NCBI GenBank assembly: GCA_965261945.1
Contig: CBDHEF010000001.1
Coordinates: 463,150-527,149 of the forward strand
From: Dehalococcoidia bacterium
GTDB lineage: Bacteria > Chloroflexota > Dehalococcoidia > Lucifugimonadales > UBA3495
Reading direction: 5' to 3'
Length of the DNA: 64,000 bases
Shown here: piece after piece, positions 29,183-38,298 of the stretch
Numbering within the stretch: position 1 is the stretch's first letter
Layout of the letters: every line of letters begins with the position of its first letter
Position numbers and translations under genes: made by a program
Notes under the pieces: model-generated
What the model saw: only the letters and a program-made list of their open reading frames with translations
Databases searched by the model: none
What the model was told of the DNA's origin: nothing

Positions 29183-29710
29183 GTGGCGAGAGTTGCATTG
29201 ACCACATCCCAGGACAAATTCTGCGCCTCCTGCGCCACGCCATTGGAACAGCGGGAAGTCTTCGGCACGGAGCGGCCCGCTTGCCCCCATTGCGGACGGG
29301 TGGTGTTCTACGACCCGAAGGTCGCCGCCGTCTGCGTCATCGCCCGCGAAGGCCGGGTGCTCATGATTCGCCGCGCCACCGACCTCGGCTATGGCCTGTG
29401 GAGTCTGCCCGGCGGCTTCGTAGACCGGGGAGAGGTCGTGGAATCGGCCGCTGCCCGCGAGGCCCGGGAGGAAACGGGACTGGAAGTAACCGTAACCGGA
29501 CTGCTCGGCCTCTTCTCCCTCCCCGGCGACCCGGTAATCGTCGTCGCCTTCACCGCCCGCGAGACCGGAGGCGCCCTCGCGCCTGGCCCCGAAGCGCTGG
29601 AAACCGCCTTCTACCCGCCCGACGCGCTCCCGGAACTCGCCTTCACCCGCGACACAGAAATCCTGTCACTCTGGCAGAGCAAGTCCCCTCCCCCTCATGG
29701 GGAGGGTTAG
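29183..29710 (+). CDS. NUDIX hydrolase with N-terminal zinc ribbon
   Basis: CASC...CPHCG followed by the NUDIX box GGFVDRGEVVESAAAREAREETGL. The last 9 codons and the stop lie inside a REP element. Confidence 0.8.
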   Translation: MARVALTTSQDKFCASCATPLEQREVFGTERPACPHCGRVVFYDPKVAAVCVIAREGRVLMIRRATDLGYGLWSLPGGFVDRGEVVESAAAREAREETGLEVTVTGLLGLFSLPGDPVIVVAFTARETGGALAPGPEALETAFYPPDALPELAFTRDTEILSLWQSKSPPPHGEG

Positions 29711-29720
29711 GGTGGGGGGG
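29682..29720 (+). repeat. REP-like hairpin + G-rich tail (family A)
   Basis: aagtcccctccccctcatggggagggttagggtggggggg. Confidence 0.8.
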
Positions 29721-30416
29721 CGAAACCACTTGCTGTCAAAGCTAACCAAGTCAGCCATCGACCTGATATTCCCCATCCACTGCTCCGGCTGCGGGCGCGA
29801 GGGCGGCATCATCTGCGGGCAGTGCGCTGACGGTCTGGAGCGGCTGACACTTCCATACTGCCGCATCTGCGCCGCGCCGGGAGTTGGCGGCGTGTGCCGC
29901 TGGTGCCTCCAGTTCCCTCGCGGGTTCGACTCGCTGCGCTCACCCTTCCGGTTCGAGGGGACGGTGCGTGAAGCAGTCCACGCCCTCAAGTACCGGGGTG
30001 TGCGGGTCGCCGCCGGTGCGCTTGCAGGGCTGATGGCCGACTACCTGCAACGCAACCCGGTCTCGGCGGATGTGCTGATTCCCGCGCCGCTGCACCCGCG
30101 CCGGCTACGCAGCCGGGGCTACAATCAGTCGGCGCTGCTGGCCCTCGAACTTGGCAGGAGTTTGGGCCGGCCGGTACGCGGAGACCTGCTCATCCGCGTC
30201 GCAAACGCCCGCCCGCAGGTGGAAGCCCGAACGCAGGAGGAGCGGCGCAACAACGTCGCCAACAATTTCGCCTGCGATGCCGACGCCAGCGGCCTGACCG
30301 CGCTGCTGATCGACGACGTGGCCACCACCGGCAGCACCCTGTCGGAGTGCGCCCAAGCCCTGAAGAACGCCGGAGCCGCCAAAGTCTACGCCCTGACCCT
30401 GGCGCGGGATGGCTAG
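29697..30416 (+). CDS. ComF-family protein (phosphoribosyltransferase domain)
   Basis: N-terminal Cys pairs CSGCG...CGQC...CRIC, and PRTase motif LLIDDVATTGSTL. The first 11 codons are REP sequence; TTG 29730 is an alternative start. Confidence 0.8.
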   Translation: MGRVRVGGRNHLLSKLTKSAIDLIFPIHCSGCGREGGIICGQCADGLERLTLPYCRICAAPGVGGVCRWCLQFPRGFDSLRSPFRFEGTVREAVHALKYRGVRVAAGALAGLMADYLQRNPVSADVLIPAPLHPRRLRSRGYNQSALLALELGRSLGRPVRGDLLIRVANARPQVEARTQEERRNNVANNFACDADASGLTALLIDDVATTGSTLSECAQALKNAGAAKVYALTLARDG

Positions 30417-30428
30417 GCGTATGAAGGC

Positions 30429-30460
30429 GATCAGGGTCATTCACGATCAGGGTCATTCAA
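30429..30460. repeat. 16-bp tandem duplication (x2), intergenic
   Basis: gatcagggtcattcac gatcagggtcattcaa. Confidence 0.9.
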
Positions 30461-30465
30461 GTGTT

Positions 30466-30497
30466 CCCTCTCCCTCCGGGGGAGGGTTCGTGGGCGA
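30466..30497 (+). repeat. REP-like hairpin, degenerate tail (family A)
   Basis: ccctctccctccgggggagggttcgtgggcg. Confidence 0.6.
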
Positions 30498-30652
30498 CAG
30501 TAGTCCGGTTCCGGAATTTCACCTCCACTCCCATGTGAGAGAGAACAGTTGCATGACTCTATGACGGCGAGTAGCCGCGATTGACAATAGAGGGCGTGTC
30601 TGCTGAAATTGGGCAATCACCGTACAGAATGACTGATATGGAGGAGAGCGTT

Positions 30653-31636
30653 ATGGCAGGCAAGACTCTGATCTACGTCGGCGCCGAGGCTGACGGTTTG
30701 TATCGCAAGGAAGCCGGAGACTCCCGCTGGGAAAAGCTGGCCAAGGGTATGCCGCCCTCCCCGCAGGTGCGGGCCATCGCGGTGCATCCCAACGACGCCA
30801 ACACCATCTTCGTCGGCACCCAGCGCGGCGTCTACCGCTCGCAGGACTGCGGCGACAGCTTCGAGCGCATGAACATGACCGAGGGCCGCATTGTCTGGTC
30901 AATCAAGTTTCACCCCCACGACCTCAACATCATGTTCCTGGGAACAGAGGGCGCCGAGATCTTCAAGAGCGCCGACGGCGGCGAAAACTGGGACTACCTG
31001 TCCACCGTCGCCAACCCAGACGCGGTGCAGATGGCCTTCGCCACCCGCATCCTGGGCATCGGCATCGAGAGCGGCGACACCAACCAGATGTACGCGGCCC
31101 TGGAAGTCGGCGGCGCTGCCCACAGCTCCGACGGCGGCAAGACCTGGACCATCGTCAACAGCGTATTCGAAGGCGACGTTGACCTCTTGGACCTGCACGG
31201 CGTAACCGTGGGCGTCAACGAGTCCGTCTTCATCTCCAACCGCACCGGCGTCTGGCGCACCCGCGACCGGGGCAATACCTGGGACGATCTCCAGTTCGAG
31301 AACTTTTCCAACATCCGCTACTCCCGCGGCGTCGAGGTCGCGCCCAACGACCCCAGCACCCTCTACGCCTGCATCGGCCTGAACTTCGGCAGCGAAGAGG
31401 GCGGCATTCTGCGCTCCACCGACGCCGGGGACAACTGGAGCCGGTTCGACCAGGGCATCCAGCCCATCAGCACCACCTTCGGCATCGCCGTCAACGACCG
31501 CGCCCCGGAGCAGGTCTACTTCTGCACCCGCAAGGGCCAGGTCTTCGGCACCCACGACGGCGGCGCCACCTGGCAGGGCCACGACCTCCCGGAGATGGCC
31601 GCCAACGTCAAGGCCATCGCCTGCACGTCGGTCTAG
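30653..31636 (+). CDS. BNR/Asp-box repeat beta-propeller protein (Ycf48/sialidase-like fold)
   Basis: Repeated SxDxGxxW boxes: SQDCGDSF, SADGGENW, SSDGGKTW, TRDRGNTW, STDAGDNW, THDGGATW. ATG 30653 has GGAGGAG 5-6 nt upstream. Confidence 0.8.
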   Translation: MAGKTLIYVGAEADGLYRKEAGDSRWEKLAKGMPPSPQVRAIAVHPNDANTIFVGTQRGVYRSQDCGDSFERMNMTEGRIVWSIKFHPHDLNIMFLGTEGAEIFKSADGGENWDYLSTVANPDAVQMAFATRILGIGIESGDTNQMYAALEVGGAAHSSDGGKTWTIVNSVFEGDVDLLDLHGVTVGVNESVFISNRTGVWRTRDRGNTWDDLQFENFSNIRYSRGVEVAPNDPSTLYACIGLNFGSEEGGILRSTDAGDNWSRFDQGIQPISTTFGIAVNDRAPEQVYFCTRKGQVFGTHDGGATWQGHDLPEMAANVKAIACTSV

Positions 31637-31646
31637 CCACCACAGA

Positions 31647-31684
31647 ATCCCCTCTCCCAGCGGGATAGGGTTATGGTGAGGGCG
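31647..31684 (+). repeat. REP-like hairpin + G-rich tail (family A)
   Basis: atcccctctcccagcgggatagggttatggtgagggcg. Confidence 0.75.
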
Positions 31685-31691
31685 CGTATCC

Positions 31692-32861
31692 ATGACCTCC
31701 TCAACCAACCCCGACATAGTGGCCGCAGCAAAGGCGCTGCGGCCACAAATAGTTGCGGCGCGGAATGAAATCGAGGAATTCCGGCGGCTGCCCACTGCCA
31801 TCATTGACCAGATGGACCGGGCCGGGCTGTTCCGTATGTTTGTACCCAAGTCCTTGGGCGGACCTGAAACCGACCCGCTGACCGCCTTCCGTACCGTGGA
31901 GCAACTGTCCATAGCCGACGGCTCGGTGGGATGGTGTTGCCTCATCGCCGGCTCCATCTCCCTGTACACGGGCTGGCTGGACGCCACGACGGCCAGCGAG
32001 ATAGTGGGAAGCCCGCCCACACTCCGGGCATCCGGCTCCTTCCGACCCGAGGGAACGGCCCGGATCTCCGATGGCGGCTATTTGGTCAACGGCCGCTGGG
32101 ACTTTGCCAGTGGCTGCCTTCATGCCAACTGGCTGTTTTTCAACTGCGTGGTGACTGACGAGAACGGGCCGCGTTACAACAGCGGCGGCCTGCCCGAACT
32201 GCGGATGATGTCTCTCCCAATCGAGGCAGCCACCATCCACGACAACTGGTCGGTTATCGGTCTCCACGGCACCGGCAGCAACGACGTGTCGGTGGAGGGG
32301 CTGCTCGTTCCTGCGGAACGCACCTTCGCGCTGGCGTCCGACTCCGTTGATGCCGCCCCGCTTTACAACGCCCGCGCCGCGCTGGCTACCGCCTTTACGC
32401 TGCTGGCGGCCAACGCATTGGGAATGGCCCGGGGAGCGATGGATGCCTTCCTGGACTTGGCTGGCGCGTCGGCCACCACCATGAACCCGGCCCTGCTCCG
32501 CGACCGGGGGCCGGTGCAGTTGGCAGCAGGCCGGGCCGAGGCCATCATCAGCGGGGCGAGGGCCTACGTGCTCCACGCTGTGGGCGAGATGTGGGACGCG
32601 GTCCAGTACGGGAAGCCAGACCTGGGCGAGGAAATACTTCAAAGCAGGCTGGCGGTCACCCACGGAGTCCACGAGGCTGCCAGGGCCATTGATATGCTCT
32701 ACCACGCCTCAGGCACCAACGCGGTGCGCCGAGGCAACCTGCTGGAGCGCTACTTCCGCGACATCAACGCCGCCATGATGCACGCCGCGGGCCTACCCGC
32801 CAACTTCGAGCAGGGCGGCCGAGTGGCAATGGGACTGCCGCCGGGTGCGCCGGGCTGGTAG
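31692..32861 (+). CDS. acyl-CoA dehydrogenase-fold flavoprotein (type-2 ACAD / two-component monooxygenase-like)
   Basis: Length and motifs (GGPE, DGSVGWC, WDFASGC, C-terminal helical bundle) fit the ACAD-like family. Confidence 0.75.
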   Translation: MTSSTNPDIVAAAKALRPQIVAARNEIEEFRRLPTAIIDQMDRAGLFRMFVPKSLGGPETDPLTAFRTVEQLSIADGSVGWCCLIAGSISLYTGWLDATTASEIVGSPPTLRASGSFRPEGTARISDGGYLVNGRWDFASGCLHANWLFFNCVVTDENGPRYNSGGLPELRMMSLPIEAATIHDNWSVIGLHGTGSNDVSVEGLLVPAERTFALASDSVDAAPLYNARAALATAFTLLAANALGMARGAMDAFLDLAGASATTMNPALLRDRGPVQLAAGRAEAIISGARAYVLHAVGEMWDAVQYGKPDLGEEILQSRLAVTHGVHEAARAIDMLYHASGTNAVRRGNLLERYFRDINAAMMHAAGLPANFEQGGRVAMGLPPGAPGW

Positions 32862-32925
32862 CTTATCAGCCGCGGGCCAGGGTTTTACGGCCGCCACTGA
32901 ATCGCCGCCGTTCAGGAGATAGTCA

Positions 32926-33621
32926 ATGAAGTCTGATACCGTAGAATTCTGGGACGAAACCTGGGCCACAATGGAGCACACTTTCGCCGATCATGACGCG
33001 CTGCTGGAAGAGCACGGCAGGGAGCCGAAGCCGGGACGCGCTCTTGACTTGGGATGCGGGTCAGGCGGAAACGCCGTATGGCTGGCCGAGCGCGGCTGGC
33101 AGGTGACCGCGGTTGACTTCTCTGCCGTTGCCATTGAGAAAGCGAAGCTGCTGGCCGCTGACCGACTGGTTGAAGTGGAATTCATAGTGTCAGACGTCAC
33201 TGCGTACCGTCCGCATGGGCTGTACGACCTGATTACCACTTTCTACATACAGCTTTGGCCTGAGCAACGGGCGCAGATGCTCTTCGCCGCCGTTGAAGCC
33301 CTGGCTCCGGGCGGCAGACTCCTTTTCGTAAGCCATGACCAATCTTCGCCGCCCTCCGGGTGGAGCCAAGAGGACTTGGAATCCCTAACGACTCCTGACC
33401 AAGTGGTTGCCGAATTACATGGTCTGAGGATAGAGCGGGCGGAGGTTGTGGAAGGGTTCGGCGCCCACGCAGGGAATATGTCGCCCTCAGAGTTATTGGA
33501 AGATCACAACAGCCACGAGCGCGACCAACATCCCCACGAAGAGGCCAACCACGACGGCGGGTTCCACGGAGCGACCACGGTAGTGATGGGGGCGAAGGAC
33601 AAGACAGTCGCATCCCCCTGA
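32926..33621 (+). CDS. class I SAM-dependent methyltransferase
   Basis: ALDLGCGSGGNAVWLAERG motif I, with the following DFS and YDLI motifs. Confidence 0.8.
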   Translation: MKSDTVEFWDETWATMEHTFADHDALLEEHGREPKPGRALDLGCGSGGNAVWLAERGWQVTAVDFSAVAIEKAKLLAADRLVEVEFIVSDVTAYRPHGLYDLITTFYIQLWPEQRAQMLFAAVEALAPGGRLLFVSHDQSSPPSGWSQEDLESLTTPDQVVAELHGLRIERAEVVEGFGAHAGNMSPSELLEDHNSHERDQHPHEEANHDGGFHGATTVVMGAKDKTVASP

Positions 33622-33651
33622 AAGGATCGCGCGACAGGCAGGCATCCCACG

Positions 33652-34047
33652 CTATTCCTGCTGCGGCGAGCCGGCTGGCGGCGGCACACGAAAGATGACC
33701 CCTCCGTCCGGTGCGTGCGAGTGCGAAATGAAGGCGTCGGTCAATCGCCGGATTTCCGCCATGGTCTCGGCGTGCTGGGCGTCGGCGCGCTCCCGCGCTT
33801 CTCTGAATTGGCCTTCGGCCCACTCCCGCAACTCCCTGTAGCGATCTTCGGTGCGTTCCCGCGCTTCCGCGTGTTGGGCCTCGGTGCGTTCCCGCAACTC
33901 CCTGTACCGATCGTCAGATCGTTCCCGTCCGGCCTTGACTTCGCCTTCCAAATGGCCAAGACGCAGATAGACCGGACCAACCAGGCCCAGAACCGTAACT
34001 AAGGCAACCGACACCGAGGCAAAAGCGGCTATCGTAGGGGCATCCAT
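33652..34047 (-). CDS. small membrane-anchored coiled-coil protein with internal repeats
   Basis: N-terminal TM segment AAFASVSVALVTVLGLVGPVY, then repeated ER(S/T)(D/E)DRYRELRE(R/W).E.Q..EARER units. The repeats are also visible in the DNA at ~33790-33915. Confidence 0.55.
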   Translation of the reverse strand: MDAPTIAAFASVSVALVTVLGLVGPVYLRLGHLEGEVKAGRERSDDRYRELRERTEAQHAEARERTEDRYRELREWAEGQFREARERADAQHAETMAEIRRLTDAFISHSHAPDGGVIFRVPPPAGSPQQE

Positions 34048-34101
34048 CGTTTCTTCCCCTGTTCGGGTGTTCCTTTGCCTACATTCATTATAACCGCCCC
34101 C

Positions 34102-34677
34102 CTACGGTCGCACCCACGTCTCCGACCAGGCCAGGCAGGCGGTGCTGCTCTGCTTTTCGCCGCGCATTTCCAGCGCCACATCGCCTTCCGCGTCCTCGCC
34201 GTTGACTGTGATGCGGCCGGAGCGGCACGGGATGAAGCAACTGTATACCCCGTGAGGACGGCCCGGCGCGCTGCCCGCCGGCACCGTCAGCATGAACGGC
34301 TCCATGAAGTCGTGCCACGTCAGAGTGATCTGGTCGTCGTCGCTTTCGATGGTCTCCCTCCAGAAGGTGAAGGTGTCGCCCTTCTTGCTGAACTCGGCCT
34401 CTATGACCTGGAGCGTCTGGTCGGCGAACTCCGGGAACAGGAGGCTTTCAATCTCCTCCTGCAACCAGCGGGCCAGGGCGATGTTGTCGGCGTAGACGCG
34501 GACGCCGTCGACCAGGCCGCTCTTCAGGAACAGGACGTGTCCCGCGCCGCCGGGAGAGTACAGAACCCGCCAATGGCTGGACCGGGTGGTCTGCTCTTCG
34601 CCCTCCACCAAGCGGATGAAGGAGTTTTCGCCGGTTAGCCGGATGCTGTTGGTATCAACGGGATTTGCCGAAGTCAT
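34102..34677 (-). CDS. hypothetical protein
   Basis: Inner ATG 34677 (MTSANPVDTNSIRL...), 191 aa. The start overlaps the stop of the upstream DUF2335-like gene (ATGA). Confidence 0.5.
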   Translation of the reverse strand: MTSANPVDTNSIRLTGENSFIRLVEGEEQTTRSSHWRVLYSPGGAGHVLFLKSGLVDGVRVYADNIALARWLQEEIESLLFPEFADQTLQVIEAEFSKKGDTFTFWRETIESDDDQITLTWHDFMEPFMLTVPAGSAPGRPHGVYSCFIPCRSGRITVNGEDAEGDVALEMRGEKQSSTACLAWSETWVRP

Positions 34678-35363
34678 GTGCGCCCTCCTCTGAATTCGCG
34701 GTTCGGTTGTCGCCTGCGTTTCCTGTGCTTTTCCCCGGAGAAAAAACCGGAGAAAAACCCCCTGGTGTAAAATTTCCGCCGCAATCGGGCTTTGGAGATG
34801 TATATCGAAACGGCCAACGCGATTCCCATGTAAACTCCGATAAGGGAAAATCCGGGCCATGACCGGTCGGTATAGACCAGAAACAACGCCATACCGGTAA
34901 ACAGCAGCCCCAGGATAAAACCTGCGGCCATTCCCATGTAGCCCTGTCTGGCTCTTTCCTTCAGGAGCTCGATTTCCGTCTCGCCGTCGTTTTCAAGTCT
35001 CTGGGTCGCCCGCTCCATGATTCTGTCGCAGGCTCCCGGGACAAGTTCCTCGTATCTCAGAATAGCTTTTTGCGTCGGCACCGGGCCCAACAGAATGTCG
35101 GCGACCGCAAAGGCGCGACGGCGGAGCATCGGGTCTGCCACCAATTTCCGCGACTCTTCGGCCTCGAAGACGCCGATCGAGTCGCGGATGTACCAGTCGA
35201 CTATCCGGTCCCTCCATTCCTTGTCTTCCCGGGCTTCGTCCTCGGAGTCCCGCCTGGCTCGCGACTTGCGCAGCTCCAATAGTGTGCCCCAGTCGAAAGC
35301 GCGCACCATCCCCTCCAGAAAGGCCAGGAAAGGGGTGGTGCGATTTTGATATATGCCGTACAT
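34674..35363 (-). CDS. DUF2335-like membrane protein
   Basis: ILRYEELVPGACDRIMERATQRLE, followed by two TM segments (GMAAGFILGLLFTGMALFLV, GFSLIGVYMGIALAVSIY), matches the DUF2335 pattern as I recall it. Confidence 0.6.
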   Translation of the reverse strand: MYGIYQNRTTPFLAFLEGMVRAFDWGTLLELRKSRARRDSEDEAREDKEWRDRIVDWYIRDSIGVFEAEESRKLVADPMLRRRAFAVADILLGPVPTQKAILRYEELVPGACDRIMERATQRLENDGETEIELLKERARQGYMGMAAGFILGLLFTGMALFLVYTDRSWPGFSLIGVYMGIALAVSIYISKARLRRKFYTRGFFSGFFSGEKHRKRRRQPNREFRGGRT

Positions 35364-35497
35364 TCGCTCGGTTCCTGGACAACGAATTCTTGCCTGGCTA
35401 TGTACCTGCGCCTATTTTACCCAGGCACATACAGCAGGCAACGCCGCCCGCCCAGTGGCGGACGGCGCTGCCGTATGCTCCCAGGTTCTTTTCTGGC

Positions 35498-36685
35498 TTA
35501 CTCGTCTTTGGACGGGAACCAGTCCTGCTTCCAGGGGAAGTCCCCTTCGGCCGAATCAAAGGCCGGGAGTCCCTGCTCGAGTCGTTCGCGGTAGGGGCTG
35601 GTGATGGGCTCGCGGTAGGGGTAGATACCGCCCTCATAGACCTCGGGGCCCTTCTTGAAGTGCCTGGCTTCTTCCAGCGTTTCGATGAACGGAGCGTTAA
35701 TGTCGTAAAGCTGGTCCACGGTCTTGGGCCGGGGGCCGGCCTTGGAGACGTGGCCGTAAAGCTCGCGCCCGATGATGCGCTCAGCGGTCCAGACGCAGTC
35801 GATGAGCTTGTCAATGTCCACGCCGGTCTCGATGCCCATGTCCTCCATCATGTGGAGCAGGTCTTCGGTGGGGGCCATGCCGGTGGCGCGCCCGTTGCCG
35901 CAGTAGGGGCAGCCGCCGAACCCGCCGATGGTGCCGTCCAACTCCAGCGTGTCGTCGGAGCCGAGGGTGCGCATGGCGGCGTAGGCCGACGCGATGGCCA
36001 TGTTGCGCCCGTTGTGCAGGTGCAGGCGGAAGTGGTCAATCTCCGGCCAGCGCTCCTTGACCCGGTAGAGGCTCTCCTCGACCTTGGCCGGGGTGCAGTG
36101 GCTCATCGGGTCTCCCATGGAGACGCTGCGGACGTTGATGCCCACCTCGTCCCACATATTGTGTTCCTTTTCCAGCAACGTCATCAGGCTGTCCACCGGG
36201 AACTCGCCCAGGAAGTTGGACCCCCAACTTGCGTTGCAGCCGATGCCTGCTTCCTTGATGTTCAGTTCCTGGGCCTGGGCCACAATCTGCGGCCAGCGCT
36301 CCATTTCATCCATCTGAGTGCGGTTGGTGTTGCGGCGCGTAAACACGTCGCACATGTGGCAGGAAAGACGCGGATAGCCGTCGCGCTCAATGGTCAGGGG
36401 CGGCGAGTAAGCGCGGGCGCGCTCGACGCCGCGCGAGTTCAGCGCCAGCGCGGTGTAGGTGACACCGGGCTTGGGGGTGAACCGGGTGACAATCTCGTCT
36501 ATGCGCTCCATCTGGGGTGTCCACTTGGGGCTGACGAAAGAGCCGACGACGATGTTCTTCAGACCTGACTCGGAAAGCTGGTCGAGGAGTTCGATCTTGT
36601 CGTCAACGGCAATGTTGGCGTCCTCGATCTGCATCCCCTCGCGCATACCCTCTTCTTTGTAAGTGACCTTCGGGTAGCTGGGCAT
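35498..36685 (-). CDS. HMGL-like / pyruvate carboxyltransferase-domain protein
   Basis: The N-terminal VTYKEEGMREGMQIE...KIELLDQLSESGLKNIVVGSFVSPKWTPQM is typical of HMG-CoA-lyase-like TIM barrels. Confidence 0.8.
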   Translation of the reverse strand: MPSYPKVTYKEEGMREGMQIEDANIAVDDKIELLDQLSESGLKNIVVGSFVSPKWTPQMERIDEIVTRFTPKPGVTYTALALNSRGVERARAYSPPLTIERDGYPRLSCHMCDVFTRRNTNRTQMDEMERWPQIVAQAQELNIKEAGIGCNASWGSNFLGEFPVDSLMTLLEKEHNMWDEVGINVRSVSMGDPMSHCTPAKVEESLYRVKERWPEIDHFRLHLHNGRNMAIASAYAAMRTLGSDDTLELDGTIGGFGGCPYCGNGRATGMAPTEDLLHMMEDMGIETGVDIDKLIDCVWTAERIIGRELYGHVSKAGPRPKTVDQLYDINAPFIETLEEARHFKKGPEVYEGGIYPYREPITSPYRERLEQGLPAFDSAEGDFPWKQDWFPSKDE

Positions 36686-36826
36686 TTTGGGGCCTCCTTT
36701 GGGCGGTTGATTACCATGCCGGATTGGGGCGATTGTAGGGTTGGCGCAGCCCGCCTGTCAATCGCGGCGCCACCCACACAGCCACTGCTATACTGTCGGC
36801 ATCCCAATCCAGCGGAGGAAGGGACC

Positions 36827-37412
36827 ATGACCACCACAAGCAGCAAACTGTTGACCGCCGATGACCTTTTGTCGCTGCCGCGCGGATACGGCAAACGGTA
36901 TGAGCTCATCCGGGGAGTTTTGGTCGAAAAGATGGGAACAGGACATCCTCACTCCATCGTCCTGGTATGGTTTACCTACCTGTTAGCCGACTACGTGGCA
37001 AAGGCCAGCCATGGAATTCTGTGCGTCGGCGAGCCAGGCTATCACCTAGATGTTGACCCGGACACCGTGCGCTGTCCGGATTTGGCATGGTTCGCCCCCC
37101 GGACGCATCCCCCAGACACGCGCGGCTGCCCGAATCTCGCCCCCCGACCTCGCCGTCGAGGTAAAGTCGCCCAGCAACTCCAACCCTGAAATGGCGGCCA
37201 AGGCAAGGATGTGGCTCAGCTACGGCTCGCAGGAGGTGTGGGTGGCCGACCCGGAGCGTGTAACCGTGACCATCTACCGCTACCGCCTCAACGCCGAACC
37301 GCAGACCCTGGGTGAAGACGATGAGCATAGCGGCGGCGACCTGCTCCCCCGATTCGCCACCCCCGTATGGCGCCTGTTCCGTGTATGGCGCCTGTTCCGT
37401 CCGCAGCGCTGA
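36827..37412 (+). pseudogene. Uma2-family (DUF820) endonuclease, frameshifted
   Basis: MTTTSSKLLTADDLLSLPRGYGKRYELIRGVLVEKM...PDLAWF runs to a C6 run at 37141-37146. With C5 the frame would read NLAPDLAVEVKSPSNSNPEM, continuing in ORF 37050..37412. GGAGGAA lies upstream of ATG 36827. Confidence 0.8.
37365..37400 (+). repeat. 18-bp tandem duplication (x2) in the 3' end of the Uma2 pseudogene
   Basis: gtatggcgcctgttccgt x2, encoding VWRLFRVWRLFR. Confidence 0.9.
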
Positions 37413-37448
37413 CCGCCCGGGTACCTTCGCGCTTACCCCCGCCGCGCT

Positions 37449-38219
37449 TTACCCCCGCCGGTAGTCTGGCTCCCGCCCTTCACGGATGGCGGCCAGCGCC
37501 TCCCCGTGATCGGGCGACTCCATCGCGATGGCCTGGCGGCGCAGGTACTCCTCGAAGAACTGGCCGTGGGGATAGTCCTGGCAGGCCGACAGCATCAGCT
37601 TGGTCTGCCGCGCGCCTTCGGAGCAGATGGACAGGAAATGCTGCGTCAGGGCCTCAACCTCGTAGTCGAAGCTGTCGGCTTCGACCACATAGTCCACCAG
37701 CCCGATGCGCAGGGCCTCTTTGCCGTCCACGTTCTCGCCCGACAGCGCCATGCGCTTGGCGCGGCCCAGGCCGATGTGGCGCGGCAGGCGGTAGGTCCCC
37801 AGGCCGGGGATGAACCCCTCTTTTGCGGCAGGCAGGCCCAGTTGGCAGTCGGACGTTGCGATGCGAATATCGCAGGCCAGCGGCAGTTGCAGCCCGCCGC
37901 CCAGCGCGTAGCCCTGCATCGCGCAAAGCACCAGCTTGTCCGACAGCTCCAGAAGCCGCAGCGCCCGGTCCCAGTGATAGAAGTAGGCGTGGGGCGTCTC
38001 GCCGGCGGCAAGCTCCTTCAGGTCAATACCGGCGCAAAAGGCCCGCCCAGCCCCGCGGATGATGACCGCTCGCGCCGTCGGGTCGTCGTGAATCACCTGC
38101 GCCGCCTCGCGCAACTCCAGCGTCCCGTGGTAGTTGACGGCGTTCAGCGCCTGAGGCCGGTTCAGTGTGAGCCGGATAAGGTCGCCGTCGCTCTCATAGA
38201 GCATAGTTTCGAGATTCAT
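37449..38219 (-). CDS. enoyl-CoA hydratase/isomerase family protein
   Basis: LNRPQALNAV, GAGRAFCAGIDLKE, QGYALGGGLQLPLACD. Confidence 0.9.
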   Translation of the reverse strand: MNLETMLYESDGDLIRLTLNRPQALNAVNYHGTLELREAAQVIHDDPTARAVIIRGAGRAFCAGIDLKELAAGETPHAYFYHWDRALRLLELSDKLVLCAMQGYALGGGLQLPLACDIRIATSDCQLGLPAAKEGFIPGLGTYRLPRHIGLGRAKRMALSGENVDGKEALRIGLVDYVVEADSFDYEVEALTQHFLSICSEGARQTKLMLSACQDYPHGQFFEEYLRRQAIAMESPDHGEALAAIREGREPDYRRG

Positions 38220-38298
38220 GGGTTTCTTTCCGCCGGACCTGGCGCAGTTTTGTATGCACGGGGGACTCCCCCCTGATCTTCCCCCAGGGGAGAAGGAA

